The position numbers were made by a program, and so were the translations under genes. From the human T2T-CHM13v2.0 reference genome, Homo sapiens, in NCBI RefSeq assembly GCF_009914755.1, contig NC_060939.1: a stretch of DNA of 64,000 bases. One strand, written 5' to 3'. Below are positions 12,910 to 26,404 of the stretch, in pieces; position 1 is the stretch's first letter, and every line of letters begins with the position of its first letter. Below the pieces are notes generated by a model. It had not been told where the DNA came from, made no database searches, and saw only the letters and a list, made by a program, of their open reading frames with translations.

Positions 12910-13043
12910 ATTTTTTAAAAAGAGACTGAGTCTTGCTGTTATGTTGCCCAGGCTGGTCTCAAACTTCTGGACTTACGCGATCCTCTTCTGCCTCAGCCTT
13001 CAGATAGCTGCAGCTATAAGCATGCACCACCGCACCCAGCTTG
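12910..13043 (-). mobile_element. Alu monomer (FLAM-like)
   Basis: gtcttgctgttatgttgcccaggctggtctcaaac...ccaccgcacccagc. Confidence 0.7.
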
Positions 13044-13119
13044 AAGATACTGTATTTTTAATTCCATATTGTCAAGCATTTAAGTTACTTTTCTTTAAAA
13101 AATTAATATTAATTCAAAG

Positions 13120-14235
13120 GAAGAAATTAGCAGAGTGAAAAGACAACCTACAGAATGAGAGAAAATATTTGCAAAGTATGTATCCAGCAGAGGATTAATA
13201 TCCAGAATATACAAGGAACTCTTGACATCTCAATAGCAAAAAAAAAAAAAAAAAGAATCCAACTGAAAAATGGGCAAATGACCTGAATAGATATTTCTTA
13301 AAAGATGACAGACACATGACCAACAAATATGTTTTCCTAAAAAGCTCAACATCACTAGTCATCAGGGAAATGCAAATCAAAACCACAATGAGGTGTCATC
13401 TCACCCCACTTAGAATGGCTACTATCAAAAAGACAAAAAATAGCAAATGCTGGCAAAGATGTGGAGAAAAGTGAACACTTAAATGGGGCTAGTGGAAATG
13501 TAAACTAGTACAGCCACCATGGAGAACAGTGTGGAGGTTCCTCAAAAAACTGCAAATAGAACTATTATATGGTCCAACAATATATTATTGGACATTTATC
13601 CAAAGAAAAGGAAATCAGTATATTGACGAGACATCGGCACCCCCGTGTTTATTGCAGCACTATTCACAATAGCCAAGATATGGAATCATCCTAAGTATCT
13701 AACAACAGATGAATGCATAAAGAAAATATGGTATACATACACAATGGAATACTATTTAGCCATAAGCAAGAATGAAATCCTGTAGTTTGAGGCACATGGA
13801 TTGAACTGGAGGACATCATATTAAGTGAAGTAAGCCAGGGACAGAACATTAAGTACTGTGTGTTCTCATTCATTTGTGGAAGCTAAAAAAACGTTGATCT
13901 CATAGAGGTAAAAAGTAGAACAGAATACTACAGGCTGGGAAGCATAGGGTGCAGGGATGGTAGAAAGCAATTTGTTAAAGGTTTCAAAATTACAGCTAGA
14001 TAGGAAGAGCAAGTTCTAGTGTTGTATAGCACTGTAAGATGACTGTAATTAACAACAATATGTTACACAGTTTCAAAGAGTTAGGAGGAGGATGTTGAAT
14101 GTTCCCAGCACAAAGAAATGATAAATGAGATTATGGATATGCTAATTACCTCGATTTGATCTCTGCAAATCTATGGGAATGTTACTATGTTATTCATAAA
14201 TACTAATAAATACATCAAAAATTTTAAAATTAATA
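13120..14235 (+). mobile_element. Old L1 3' end (L1MA/L1PB-like)
   Basis: agacaacctacagaatgagagaaaatatttgc...gcagcactattcacaatagccaagatatggaatc...3'UTR. Confidence 0.85.
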
Positions 14236-14944
14236 ATGAACAAAAGATAAGGGGCCCTGAACTCTAGCTTTAGGGCTGAATTGTATCCAGTCAGATGGTT
14301 TATATGTTATTTAAACTTTCACTTTAAATTTGGAGTGGAAATATGTTTGGAAATCCTTACTTTTAGTATGTTGATTTGTGTGTGTGCGTGAGGTAAATTT
14401 GGTTGGCTATTGGCAAATGTACTGGGTAGCTACTTAATGAAACATTTCCTTCCAGTGTTTCAGCTTTCTGATTCTTAGAACATGTGTATATTTAACATAA
14501 TATGCATTATCACTTTTGAAAGTAGTTATTCTAACACTTATTTGTGCTAAATTAGAATATGAATTTGGGAACTATTACTCTTTTCTATGGTCTGGAATAA
14601 TTTAAGTAATAGAAATTATCTGATTAGATAGAAATTCATTGTAAAATCATCAAGTTTAGAAGCTCTTAAGATTTCCTTTGACTTTTGCTTATTAGTTTTA
14701 AAGAAAAAAATAAATTGACATAATGGAAATTTTCACTATACATCAGGAAGGGAATTCAGTGGAAAAGTAAGCTTCCTACTCCCTCTTGACCTTCAGTTTA
14801 TACTTTTCTTCCTAAGTCAAGTACTGCTACTGGTTTCTTATGCTGTTTCTAGAACTAGCTTATCTATTGTCTACTTAAAATAACTCTTTAATCCTTTTAT
14901 TTGAGCTGCCTTATGGATCTATGTAGTTTTTCTGTCTTTAAAAT

Positions 14945-15560
14945 TTTTTATGCGGTAGAATACACATAACATAAAATTTACCATCTTAGCCATTTTTAAG
15001 TACACAGTTTAGTAGCACTATCTTTCACATTGTTGTGCAACCAATCTCCAAAACCTTTTCATCGTGCAAAACAAATTCTGTGTCTATTCAACTGCTCTCC
15101 ATTCTTTCCTACCTGCAACTCCTGCAACCATCCTTCTACTTTCTGTCTCTCTGAATTTCACTATGTCACATAAGTGGAATCATACAGTATTTGTCTTTTT
15201 GACATGGGCTTATTTTACTTAGCATAATGTCCTCCAGTTCCATTCATGTTGCCTTGAAAGGCAGGATTTCATTCTTTATGGCTGAAATAGTGTTCATCTT
15301 GTTGTAGCATGTCAGGATTTCCTTCCTCTTGAAAGCTGAATGATATCGTATGTATATACCAACATTTTGTTGATCTAAATGTATCTGCCAATGGATTTTT
15401 CGGTTGTTTCCACCTTTTGACTATTATAAATAATGCTACTATGAACATGGGTGTGCCAGTAACTTCAAGGCCCTGCTTTCATTCTTCCGAATATACATCC
15501 AGAAGCGGAATTGCTGGATCATATGGTTATTCTATTTTTAATTTTTTGAAGAATTTCTAT
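14945..15560 (-). mobile_element. Old L1M 3' end fragment
   Basis: aacataaaatttaccatctt...agtggaatcatacagtatttgtc...gaattgctggatcatatgg. Confidence 0.7.
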
Positions 15561-15782
15561 TATTTTTAAAGTCACTTTTCATGGTTTGTTCTTTCCTACA
15601 AAACATGTTTTTCAATTTTATCAGTGCAGAGTTGTATATAATATTTATATATTTTACTTGTACAATTAAAGGCTGTATTTTATTTCTATATTATCATATA
15701 ATTACCTTCAGTATCTATGTTTGTAACTGTTTCCTCATTTCTTTTTTTCCTCGTTCATGTTTACTATTTTATTGGTCTTTAA

Positions 15783-16107
<325 letters not shown>

Positions 16108-16383
16108 TTACTTCTTTTTTTGTCATTTCTAATTGACTGGTAAGTACATTATATCATTACTGCAGCAGATTTATGTTACAGTGTTTTACCTGTTTATGTT
16201 AGAATCAGTTTATGTTTCTGGAATCTGGAATAGGATAATACCTATTTGATTTGAAATTGGACAGAGAGTAGCTTTATGTTGGTCCAGATAATCTCATTTC
16301 TCATTTGGACAAGATATTTGAGGGTTTGAAAAATTCCTGTGATGATTAAAGGAGAAAACTCTTGTGAGTTATTGTATGCTGAG

Positions 16384-16412
<29 letters not shown>
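16384..16412. repeat. (CA)n microsatellite in NF1-derived intron
   Basis: direct CA run. Confidence 0.9.
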
Positions 16413-16414
<2 letters not shown>

Positions 16415-16489
16415 GTTTATTGCATTGTTGGGTTTTATACATAAAATTACCCAAGTTGCAAATATATGTCTTACAACTTTGACTCTCAG

Positions 16490-16756
16490 GATAGTGCAGC
16501 AGGATGAAGCGCAACCGCCCCCGCCCCCCCTTCCCCGATTTGCCAACAAGGGCAGACCAAACTAGAAGTGTGGCGCTGTACATGTTTCTGTGGAACCCTG
16601 ACAGTGAAGCTGTTCTGGTTGCCATGTCCTGTTTCCGCCACCTCTGTGAGGAAGCAGATACCTGGTGTGGGGTGGATGAAGTGTCAGTGCATCACCTCTT
16701 GCCCAACTGTAGCACATTCATGGAGTTTGCCTCTGTCAGCAATGTGATGTCAACAG
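16490..16756 (+). pseudogene. NF1 exon 18 (legacy 13) copy, 267 bp with expanded C-rich tract
   Basis: cag|GATAGTGCAGCAGGATG...GTCAACAG|gtaaat. Confidence 0.9.
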
Positions 16757-17291
16757 GTAAATGTGAATAGTGGTTTTTTTACTCAACCTGCCTGAAGCAC
16801 GTGGCATCTAATTGTGAGAATGTATTTAAGGTTACTACTTTGTAAGTTTACAGGGGAGATTCAAGTAGCTTACTTGAAATCCTTTTCTGAACAAAGAAAT
16901 GAAACAAAGATGAAAAGAAAAAGCATTTGAAATAGTCTCCCAGTGAGTTTTTAATATGCTATATGTTTTAAAAATAACTGGCAGTATATGTTACTATCAG
17001 TTGTGATCATATAATTTACCCCACCTAAGTTGTAGATAGTGAAGTTTTACGCACATTGGCATATGTTTTGAGTAAATTATAGGTGGGAATAGCTATTTTG
17101 TGCTGTGGACATTGTAGAGTTTAAGATAAGTACCTTTCCTGTGAGGTTAGTGAAAGGAAGTTTTTGGCTTTATCATTTGAGGCATTTGCTCTGCTCCTCC
17201 TACTCTGCCTTTTGGGTAGGGCTTATGAGGTTCTCCATGGGCAGGCAGGGCTCTAAGTGCAGTGACTTGATTGGCTGTTGTATTTGCTTAG

Positions 17292-17364
17292 GAACAGCAG
17301 CACTTCAGAAAGAGTGATGGCACTGCGGAGGCGCACTTAGCATCCCACTGCAGGAAACACTGAG
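17292..17364 (+). pseudogene. NF1 exon 19 (14) copy, 1-bp deletion
   Basis: tag|GAACAGCAGCACTTCAG...AACACTGAG|gtgtgc. Confidence 0.9.
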
Positions 17365-17598
17365 GTGTGCTCTTAGCAAGAGAAACACCCCTCCTAGGCG
17401 CCCACCCTCAATTTTGGAAACCTATTGTTACATATGTGTAATCAGGAATAGCTTTTGAAGTAAATCCAAGATATGTGCGTGTTAGAAGTGTAATATCTGA
17501 GTACTTATTATACATCAAGTTTGAAACTTGGCCATTGCTGATTGACGTTTAGCTCTAGACTTAAAGTTGCTTTCAAGTGATAATTGCCTTCATTTTAG

Positions 17599-17682
17599 GC
17601 TTGGGAAGATACACATGCAAAATGGGAACAAGCAACAAAACTAATCTTTAACTATCCAAAAGCCAAAATGGATGACAGCCAG
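17599..17682 (+). pseudogene. NF1 exon 20 (15) copy
   Basis: tag|GCTTGGGAAGATACACATGC...CCAG|gtaagt; AWEDTHAKWEQATKLI. Confidence 0.9.
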
Positions 17683-17819
17683 GTAAGTCTGTAAAGTTGA
17701 CTTTTGTCTATTAACTGATCTGCTAAATATATGTCCTTCTCTTTGGTAATCTCTCACGAGTCACTCAGTAAAGTAAGCATATAGTTGTCTGAAGACTGAT
17801 ATTTAGTTGTGGTTTATCT

Positions 17820-18018
17820 AGACCTGTACTTCGTAATATGGTAGCCACTAGCTACGTGTGACTATTTAAATTTTAACATAATGAAAATTAAATACAATTT
17901 AGTTCCTCAATCATATAGTAGCCACATTGCAAGTACCCAGTAGCCACATATGACAGTCTGGACAGCAGAGAGAGAAAATGTTTCCATCATCACAGAAATA
18001 CTGGGCAGCACTGCTAGA
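17820..18018. mobile_element. MER3-like hAT MITE
   Basis: aatatggtagccactagc...tagccacatt...ggacagc...tttccatcatcacagaaa. Confidence 0.55.
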
Positions 18019-19077
18019 GACTGTTGCAGAGACCATTTATCTTTTCTTGCTCTTTATCCCTTCATCAGGGTGTTTCACAGAATTTTCAGAAAAGGAGCAA
18101 CAGAGGTAGAGAAAAAAAACATGGAAACAATTCATTTTGCTATTTTGTTAAGTATTCTAATTAAGGAATGTCTTGGGCAAAAGATTGAACCCATAGATTA
18201 AATGAGATTTTAAAATGTGGACAGTTCATTCAACTATTACTATTGACTATATTATCTGTTACTCTGGAAATTGATGAGTTGGTGTTTGTGTGTAATTGAT
18301 TTGTAATGTTCATATTCCTCCCATTATTAGGCAATTTATATAAACTGGTTATTCCCCCATGTTTTTTTCTGTCATACTTAATTACAATAAGAAAAATGTT
18401 ATGTTTTTATGAAGCAAAATTGTGTACCTAATAGCTTTATTTGGAGGGGACATGTAGCTTTAGAATGAAAGCTTTTGGGGGGATAACAGTTTAATATACC
18501 ATACAATTCACCCATTTAAAGTGTCCAATTCAGTGGCTGTTTTTAGTATATTCCCAGAGTTGTGCAACCATTACCACAGTCCGTTTTAGAACAATTTCAT
18601 CAATTGAGGAAAAAAACCCCTGTATCCTTTAGCTATTTCTGCCTCTAACACCCTACCCCACCTCCCCGCCACTTTCTTGTCTCTCTTCCCCCGGCTTCTC
18701 CAGCCCTAGGCAACCTTGAATCTACTTTCTGTCTCTGCAGATTTGTCTCTGCTGGATCTTTTCTGTAAATGGAATTTTAGAATATGTGGGCTTTTGTGAT
18801 TAGCTTCTTTCACTTAGCATAACGTTTCCAAGGTTCATCCATGTGAAATCAAAGCTTTTTAAAAGAAATTTGATACTTGGGCGATTATATTAGTGTATGA
18901 CAAAAATAAATCAGTGGCTCTTTAAAAATGTATATGGTAATTTTTGGGGTTGATTTTAATGTGTTTTTTACATTTTTTGTACTTTTGTCATGGAAGAAAT
19001 GTTGGATAAAGAGTAATTTGTCAAGTCTCAACTAATTTAGGTTTAATTCATGCTTTGCCCAAAAATTTTGTGTTTAG

Positions 19078-19517
19078 GCTGCTGAAAGTTTCACATGACC
19101 ATTGTTAGGAGTCGAATGTCCCATCTGAGTGGAGGAGGATGCGCAGATTTGTCTGACACAGACTCCCTACAGGAATGGATCAACATGACTGGCTTCCTTT
19201 GTGCCCTTGGGGGAGTGTGCCTCCAGCAGAGAAGTAATTCTGGCCTGGCAACCTATAGCCCACCCATGGGTCCAGTCAGTGAATGTCAGGGTTCCATGAT
19301 TTCAGTGATGTCCTCAGAGGGAAACGCAGGTACACCTGTCAGCAAATGTATGGATCAGCTGTTGTCCTTAATGGTGTGTAACCATGAGAAAGTGGGACTT
19401 CAAATACGGGCCAATGTTAAGGAACTGGTGGGTCTAGAATTGAGTCCTGCTCTTTATCTGATGCTATTTAACAAACTGAAGAATGCCATCAGCAAGTTTT
19501 TTGACTCCCAAGGACAG
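19078..19517 (+). pseudogene. NF1 exon 21 (16) copy
   Basis: tag|GCTGCTGAAAG...CAAGGACAG|gtaaag; ORF 19095-19559. Confidence 0.92.
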
Positions 19518-19875
19518 GTAAAGTGTGCTCTTTTTTATTTTTCACCTTGTTTGAAATAAGGAAGGCTTTTTCTTTCCAATTATTTAAATTAGGTGCTCAC
19601 AGTTTTTAAAAATTGCCAAAAAATTGCAGAAAGAAGAGTCATCTCAATGTAGGGGTCAGCTTGCTTCTTAGGAACTCTGGTGTGTATGTGTGCCTGAGGG
19701 TATACCTGCCTTGTGTATGGGTATGAGTGTCTGCATGTATCTGTATGCTTGTTTGGCTGTGTGCCTGTGGGTGCACTTCTGTGTTTGTGTGTTTAGATCA
19801 GTCGGTTGCATCTCTCTAGAGGTCTGTCTTCTGGGCATTGATGGCAAATGATTAATATATTTGTTCTTTCTATAG

Positions 19876-20015
19876 GTTTTATTGACGGATACCAACACTC
19901 AATTTGTAGAGCAAACCATAGCTATAATGAAGAACTTGCTAGATAATCATACTGAAGGCAGCTCTGAACATCTAGGGCAAGCTAGCATTGAACCAATGAT
20001 GTTATATCTGGTCAG
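19876..20015 (+). pseudogene. NF1 exon 22 (17) copy
   Basis: tag|GTTTTATTGAC...CTGGTCAG|gtaagc, 140 bp. Confidence 0.9.
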
Positions 20016-20297
20016 GTAAGCGTTCTACTGAAATGTAGCAGAAACATACTTTAAGAGATCAGAAAAACCTCTTACACATTGATATTGGTAGTAATTGATA
20101 AAATAATTTGCCATTCTTTACTGCACACAAACTAGGGTGTGACAGTCAGGTAACCAGAAGGTGTGTATGTTCTCATAAAAATAAATATTGTTTTCAGACT
20201 TACATGTAGTTCATTTTATTTGATGACTAAAGTACTTTGAATGCTTTCTCTTTTGTCTATATCTGATAATTTTTTTATCGTCTCTGTGTCTGTATAG

Positions 20298-20420
20298 GTA
20301 TGTTCGTGTGCTTGGGAATATGGTCCATGCAATTCAAATAAAAACGAAACTGTGTCAGTTGGTTGAAGTAACGATGGCAAGGAGAGATGACCTCTTATTT
20401 TGCCAAGAGATGAAATTTAG
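20298..20420 (+). pseudogene. NF1 exon 23 (18) copy
   Basis: tag|GTATGTTCGTGTG...AAATTTAG|gtgagt, 123 bp. Confidence 0.9.
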
Positions 20421-20883
20421 GTGAGTTCTCAAAAGAGCAATGTAGGGTCTTGTAAATCTTAATTTGTTGAATGAAGTACAGAAATAGAGTAGATATCTGG
20501 TTATTGGTAGGAAGGAAGACATAAAAAGAGAGCAATTTACACGTTTGTGTTTCTCTACGTCTCTCCTCAAATTTCCGTAAGCTTTGTGCCTGTGGCAAGC
20601 CTCCCTTTTTCTAAAACTGTGCTGTACTTGAGCTAAGAATTTGATTCTGTTTCCAATTTGATACCATAAATAAGGGCCATGTTGGAGGTTAAATATCCAC
20701 GTTGCTTGTTCCCTTCTGGCTTTTACGTCTGTGACATCAGTATCTCTTTTATAAAGTCGTCATGTCACCTGGGTTATCTGCCAAATTATTTGCACTGTAA
20801 GAAATCTTACACAATTAAAGGTGTGTGTGTGTGTGGCTTCAAAAAAATTGTTGGCTGTTTCTCTTTTCTCCGCCATTCTTTAG

Positions 20884-20967
20884 GAATAAGATTGTAGAAT
20901 ACCTGACAGTCTGGGTTATGGGAACATCAAACCAAGCAGCAGATGATGATGTAAAATGTATTACAAG
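20884..20967 (+). pseudogene. NF1 exon 24 (19a) copy
   Basis: tag|GAATAAGA...TTACAAG|gtaaaa, 84 bp. Confidence 0.9.
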
Positions 20968-21499
20968 GTAAAAAAGAGAATGACCTTCAAGTATTAGTGG
21001 GTTTTCCTGTAAGAATTATAATTACTTCATTACAGCTTTATACTTGTATTTTATGTGTATTTAAATTTTTTAGATGTCAAACTTTTGTGGTTGAAATATG
21101 TAAAGATACTAATCTTTATTACTACTTTTTTTTGACTGATAGACTTTCTGTAAAAATAAATGTGCGAGAGCGGTATGTTTGGGAAGTTAGTGTTGTCAGT
21201 TTATGAAGAATAGTCTACCGTTATTGGGAAATAAGGTACATAAAGCCTCAGATTGCATTTATGTTATGATTAGATAGAAAAAGGTATTATTTGAGGAACT
21301 CATTGTGTTGGTCTTTCTAAAAAATAATTGATTTCCTGATTCAGGCACCAGAGACAGAAAAAAAAGGAAGTAATTAAGTGTAATTAAGTCTGCTTTAATG
21401 ATAAATGCTTATTGACACATATCAGAAAGTGATTAAACACTATGGACTGTATAATAAGCCTTTACATATGTTTCTTTGACCAAGCCTAGCTTTATAATA

Positions 21500-21874
21500 T
21501 GGTCGTCTCTCAGTATCTGTCAGGAATTGGTTCCAGGAACCACCCCCCAAACTCCTGCCCACATCTCACTTCCATGAACACTAAAATCCACAGACTGAAG
21601 TCCCTGATACAAAATGTCATAGTATTTGCATATAAACTATGCACATCCTCCCATATATTTTAAATTATCATTAGATTACTTATAATATCTAATAAATATA
21701 AATCTTATATAAACACAAGTTGTTATACCATATTGTTTAGGGAATAACAACAAAGAAAAATCTTTACATGTTGAGTACAGATGAAACCCTACTTTTTTTT
21801 CCCCCAAATAGTTTCAATCCATGGTTGGTTGAATCCGTGGATACAGAACTCGCTGAGACAGAGGGCCAATTGTA
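21500..21874. mobile_element. MER2 (Tigger-family MITE)
   Basis: cagtatctg...attggttccagga...ggttggttgaatccgtggatacagaac...gagggcc. Confidence 0.7.
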
Positions 21875-22120
21875 CATGCTTCTGATTGAAGATAGTCATT
21901 TTGCCAAGATTACTTTGTAGAAAGTTACTATTGTCTTCTCCTCATTTGAGATGATTTTGTATTCTAGGATCTGCATATTAATTCAAATTATTTGGGTTGT
22001 GCTAATAATTTGTTTAATGAAACAGGTAGTTCCTAAAGTTTATATCTGTTAATAAGAGGTTTATTTGAGAGGAAGTGAAATAACCTGAAAGATTTATGGT
22101 CTCTAATTTTTTTTTTTCAG

Positions 22121-22241
22121 AGATTTGGACCAGGCAAGCATGGAAGCAGTAGTTTCACTTCTAGCTGGTCTCCCTGTGCAGCCTGAGGAAGGAGATGGTG
22201 TGGAATTGATGGAAGCCAAAGGGGACACAGTTATTTCTTAA
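22121..22241 (+). pseudogene. NF1 exon 25 (19b) copy, small insertion
   Basis: cag|AGATTTGGACCAGGCAAGC...TTTCTTAA|gtaaat. Confidence 0.9.
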
Positions 22242-22295
22242 GTAAATTTCAGTCACCAAAAAACACAAAGCAAAAGCAAATAAAGCCCCCCGCCG

Positions 22296-22296
<1 letters not shown>

Positions 22297-22329
<33 letters not shown>
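22297..22329. repeat. (CA)n microsatellite
   Basis: direct CA run followed by A-rich tract. Confidence 0.9.
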
Positions 22330-22331
<2 letters not shown>

Positions 22332-22815
22332 AAAGACAAAACAAAACAAAAACAAAAAAACAAAAAAGAAAACAAAGAAATGTTCCCCATGCAGGACTAG
22401 GATTAGGAAAATAACTGTGTTTTATGATTTTTAAAGAAAATAATATGATCCCTGAAATTTTGCTTATAATAAAACCCAGATTGCTTCACTAAGTCATTTA
22501 CAAAAGTGACATTGTGTAAGCTGTTTGGACCACTAATTTTATATACTAAACATTAAAAATGACACATTTACCAGGAAACATTGCATCTATTTGATGCTTA
22601 TGTTATGAAAGGTATGCTAGGCTATATCAGGTATAATCATGCCCAACACAGCATGCTTCATAATGAGTCACCCTGGCTGATTATCCTGAGAGAGGAGAGA
22701 AGCAGTTAATCCAGGGCCAGTCACACCGTGCACATGTGATAGTTTTGGAATGTCTGGTTAGCTTTCTAGTTGATACGGCCTTTGCTATGTAAAGGTCAGT
22801 CTTTTTATTTCTCAG

Positions 22816-22997
22816 ATACTTCACACTATTTATGAACCTTTTGAGTGACTGCAGTGAAGCTGAAGATGAAAGTGCACAAACAGGTGGCAGGAAACGTGGC
22901 ATGTCTCGGAGGTTGGCATCACGGAGGCACTGTGCAGTCCTTGCAATGTCAAACTTACTCAGTGCCAGCATAGACGGTGGTCTCATGCACTCCATAG
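22816..22997 (+). pseudogene. NF1 exon 26 (20) copy
   Basis: cag|ATACTTCACA...CTCCATAG|gtgaga, 182 bp. Confidence 0.9.
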
Positions 22998-23117
22998 GTG
23001 AGATCAAATGAAAGTTTCATATAGAAATACACAGCCTAGAGAACTGGCTTGTAAGATAAGCAAAAATTACTTCAGTAAGGCCATGTTAGTAAATTTGCAT
23101 CCATTTGTCCACATCAG

Positions 23118-23325
23118 GTTTAGGGTACTACAAGGATCTCCAGACAGCTACATTTATGGAAGTTCTGATGAAAATCCCTCAACAAGGCACAGAATTTGAC
23201 ACACTTCAGAAACGGTATTGGCTGATGGGTTTGAGCAATTGGTGGAACTGGTCACAGTGATGGGTGATCAAGGAGAGCTCCCTATAGCGATGGCTCTGGC
23301 CAGTGTGGTTCCTTGTTCTCAGTGG
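23118..23325 (+). pseudogene. NF1 exon 27 (21) copy, small deletions
   Basis: cag|GTTTAGG...TCTCAGTGG|gtaagt. Confidence 0.9.
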
Positions 23326-25421
23326 GTAAGTGCATAGAGTAAGTGGGGAAGAAAAGTGCCTGGCACATAGCAAATCCTTCAGAACATATTTGTTCAATAA
23401 ATGTTTGTTGAATGAATTGATAAAATTTTAGAGCCAGAAGAAATCTTAGATGTTTAGTTAGGTGACTTTTCAGCTGTAGGGAAGTGGTTGGCACTGCTAG
23501 ACCTGAATAGTGTCCTATATCATTTCATCCCACTGAAAAATTCCATTTAAACACTGATTAAAAATCACTGATCTACTCCGCTGTCTTCATATATTTGAGA
23601 AGGTAATTAAGTTAAACCTAATTTCAGTCAGTTGTTGCAACGCTGGAATTGGAATCCACGATTTGTGCCTGTTTACTACCTCCAGTTTGCTGTTCTTTTC
23701 CCCATAATATCTTACACAATTTTTAAAAATGTAAGCACTGTATTTGCATTTGATATTATGATATTGTTTGTTTTAAACACTGAAAACATCATATGGCTAT
23801 TAGGTCTCTCTCTTAATTTAATGAAAAATTTTCCTCAAATCACATCATTCCTAATACATGTGAAAACGTTGAGAAGGGTGGTGGTTCCTTTCCAGTGTTA
23901 AAAGGCTATTTCCTTTTTAGTGTACCAAAAATGGTTTCACTTATAGTAAAGTATAACTAATAAGGTAATCTGTCATTGTAGATTTGTTTCTGCTTAAAGC
24001 TGTAGGATATTTGTTACACCTGTACTTAAAGTAAAATTCAAACTCCTTATCCTGTCCTACAAGGCTCCACCTGATTTGGGCCCTGCCTCATCTCTAACAT
24101 CATCTTATGCCATTTTCCTTCTTGTTCACCAAAGCCACACCAGCTACCTTTCTGTCCCTCCTTGTTAGACTTGTTTCTGCCTTAAGCACCCTTGCTGCTG
24201 CTACCACCTGAAATGCTTCTCCTCTGGTATTTTATTTTGGTGAGAACGCCTAGCATGAGATCTACCCTCTAACATATTTTTAAGTGTAGAATACAGTATT
24301 GCTATCTGTAGGCAGAATGCTGCACCACAGATCTCTAGAACTTACCTTGTATAACTGAAATTTTATACTGATTGATTAGCAACAGCCCCAAATCATTGAA
24401 ATCTTCCTAAAGCCTAAAATTACTTCACAAACGTTCAAATGTTTTGAAAATGACTATTGTGAATTATCTTATTAGGATCTACCTATGATTAGCACTGAAA
24501 ATACTCAGTAATTTTTTAAATAAAGAATCAGTTAAATTCAAGTAGCTTTAATTTGTTGTTGAGTTTTATATTAAATGACTTTGAGAAGGAATTTTCTATT
24601 AGGCCAGATCTCACCTATCACATTATTGTAATCCTGGGACCAGGCAAGAATTAGAGAGCTATGGGCCATGATCCTGGCCATTGTTGTTACTGCTTGAGGA
24701 TTGAGGCATCTTTTTATGGCTACCCCTATTCTCTATAAATTTCTTCTTGTGATTAAACAGTGATTTACCAGTAGATCATTTTTCTTGAGTGTACCCCAAA
24801 CTGCTTTACTACAGGGAGTTACAAGGATGTCATTTAGGTAATTGGAATTTCAGCCCTCATCCCTGTCCCCCTTGCTTTGTATGTAAATCTGGCTGATCTC
24901 TGGGTTCTGAACGCCCAGTTCCTTTTCTTCCTGATTTCTCAAAAATCCTATAGTCTTTCTGTTTTTGTCATGTCTCTACCTAGTCTATGTTCAGCATTCA
25001 CTGAGTTCCCCTGACTGTATGAGAAGAGAGTAGAACTCTTCTGATCATCAGTCTTATTTCTGCTCTGTGCAAATGCTTGTACAAATCAAACTAAAGTATT
25101 TGCTGTCATCTTCTGTTTCTGTTCTCTTTCATTTTGTGATGTAATTTGAACTGAATCTTGGAGATTTTGTCTCCTGGTAAAGCCTAGGCCTCTCTTAATA
25201 GCTTTCACCGGTTAATCCTTGGAATTAACAGCTATCGTAGACATCGTATATAGTCATCTATCATAAACAATATACGCAGATAAATCTCAGGAGAAATATT
25301 AATCAGTCACCTTTGCCTTAATTTAGCAAGTAGTTGTCAACTTTGGGTTTATGTTTTTGCCACTCTTCAGCTATCTACCTGAGAACAAAAATGCACTAAC
25401 CTGATTTTGTTTTGTTCTCAG

Positions 25422-25587
25422 GATGAACTGGCTTGAGTTCTGGTTACTCTATTTGGTTCTTGGCATTTACTCTACCAACTGCTCTGGAACATGTTTTGTA
25501 AAGAAGTAGAATTGGCAGACTGACTCCATTCAGACTCTCCTCTGAGGCAACAGTTTGGCCAGTAAAATAATGACACTCTGTTTCAAG
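25422..25587 (+). pseudogene. NF1 exon 28 (22) copy, TGA stops and 4-bp insertion
   Basis: cag|GATGAACTGGCTTGA...TGTTTCAAG|gtttgt. Confidence 0.9.
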
Positions 25588-25730
25588 GTTTGTATCATTC
25601 ATTTTGTGTGTGTGTGTGCTGAGGTATGTCAAGTAATGATTATGTACAGAATGTGCAGAGCTGATTGTCTTCTTTTAAGGTAAAATGTATGGAGCAGGCA
25701 TAATGAAGTCCTACTCATGCATTTCTATAG

Positions 25731-25834
25731 GTATATGGTGCTACCTATCTATAAAAACTCCTGGATGCTTTATTACAAATTGAGATCACATCCTCTGATG
25801 GGCAACATGTTAGCTTTGAAGTGGATCCTACCAG
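25731..25834 (+). pseudogene. NF1 exon 29 (23.1) copy, donor destroyed (TT)
   Basis: tag|GTATATGGTGCTACC...CCTACCAG|ttttat, 104 bp. Confidence 0.88.
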
Positions 25835-26139
25835 TTTTATCATCTTTTCACATAAAAGTGCTCTTTTTTTTTTTTTGCTAACACTGCATGAAGCAAGGCC
25901 CTCATAACTTCTCCTCTTGATCATTAAAATTTGTTTTTAATTATAAAAGTTATATACAAATATGCTTTTCTTTAATGATATCTGTAATTTTTTTTAAGTT
26001 ATCCTTCTTTTTATCTGCCTTAGATCCGGGGACAGACAGGAGAAGGATGTCTTTGACTTCTACCTCCACAGACCGTTACTAGTTAAGGCTCTTTCCTTTT
26101 TCCATGACTTTACATATCACTTTACACAGTCACTTGCAT

Positions 26140-26404
26140 GCTCTGTCACCCAGACTGGAGTGCAGTGGCACGATGGCTCACCGCAACCTCCACCTCCTGG
26201 GTTCAAGCGATTCTCGTGCCTCAGCCTCCCAAGTAGCTGAGATTACAGGCGTGCACCACCACGTCCAGCTAATTTTTCTATTTTTAGTAGAGATGGAGTT
26301 TCACCATGTTTGCCAGGCTGGTCTGGAACTCCTAACCTCAATTGATCCACCAGCCTCAGTCTCCCAGAATGCTGGGATTACAGGCGTGAGCCACCATGCC
26401 CAAC
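26140..26404 (-). mobile_element. AluS lacking poly-A end
   Basis: gctctgtcacccagactggagtgcagtgg...gtgagccaccatgccc. Confidence 0.88.
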
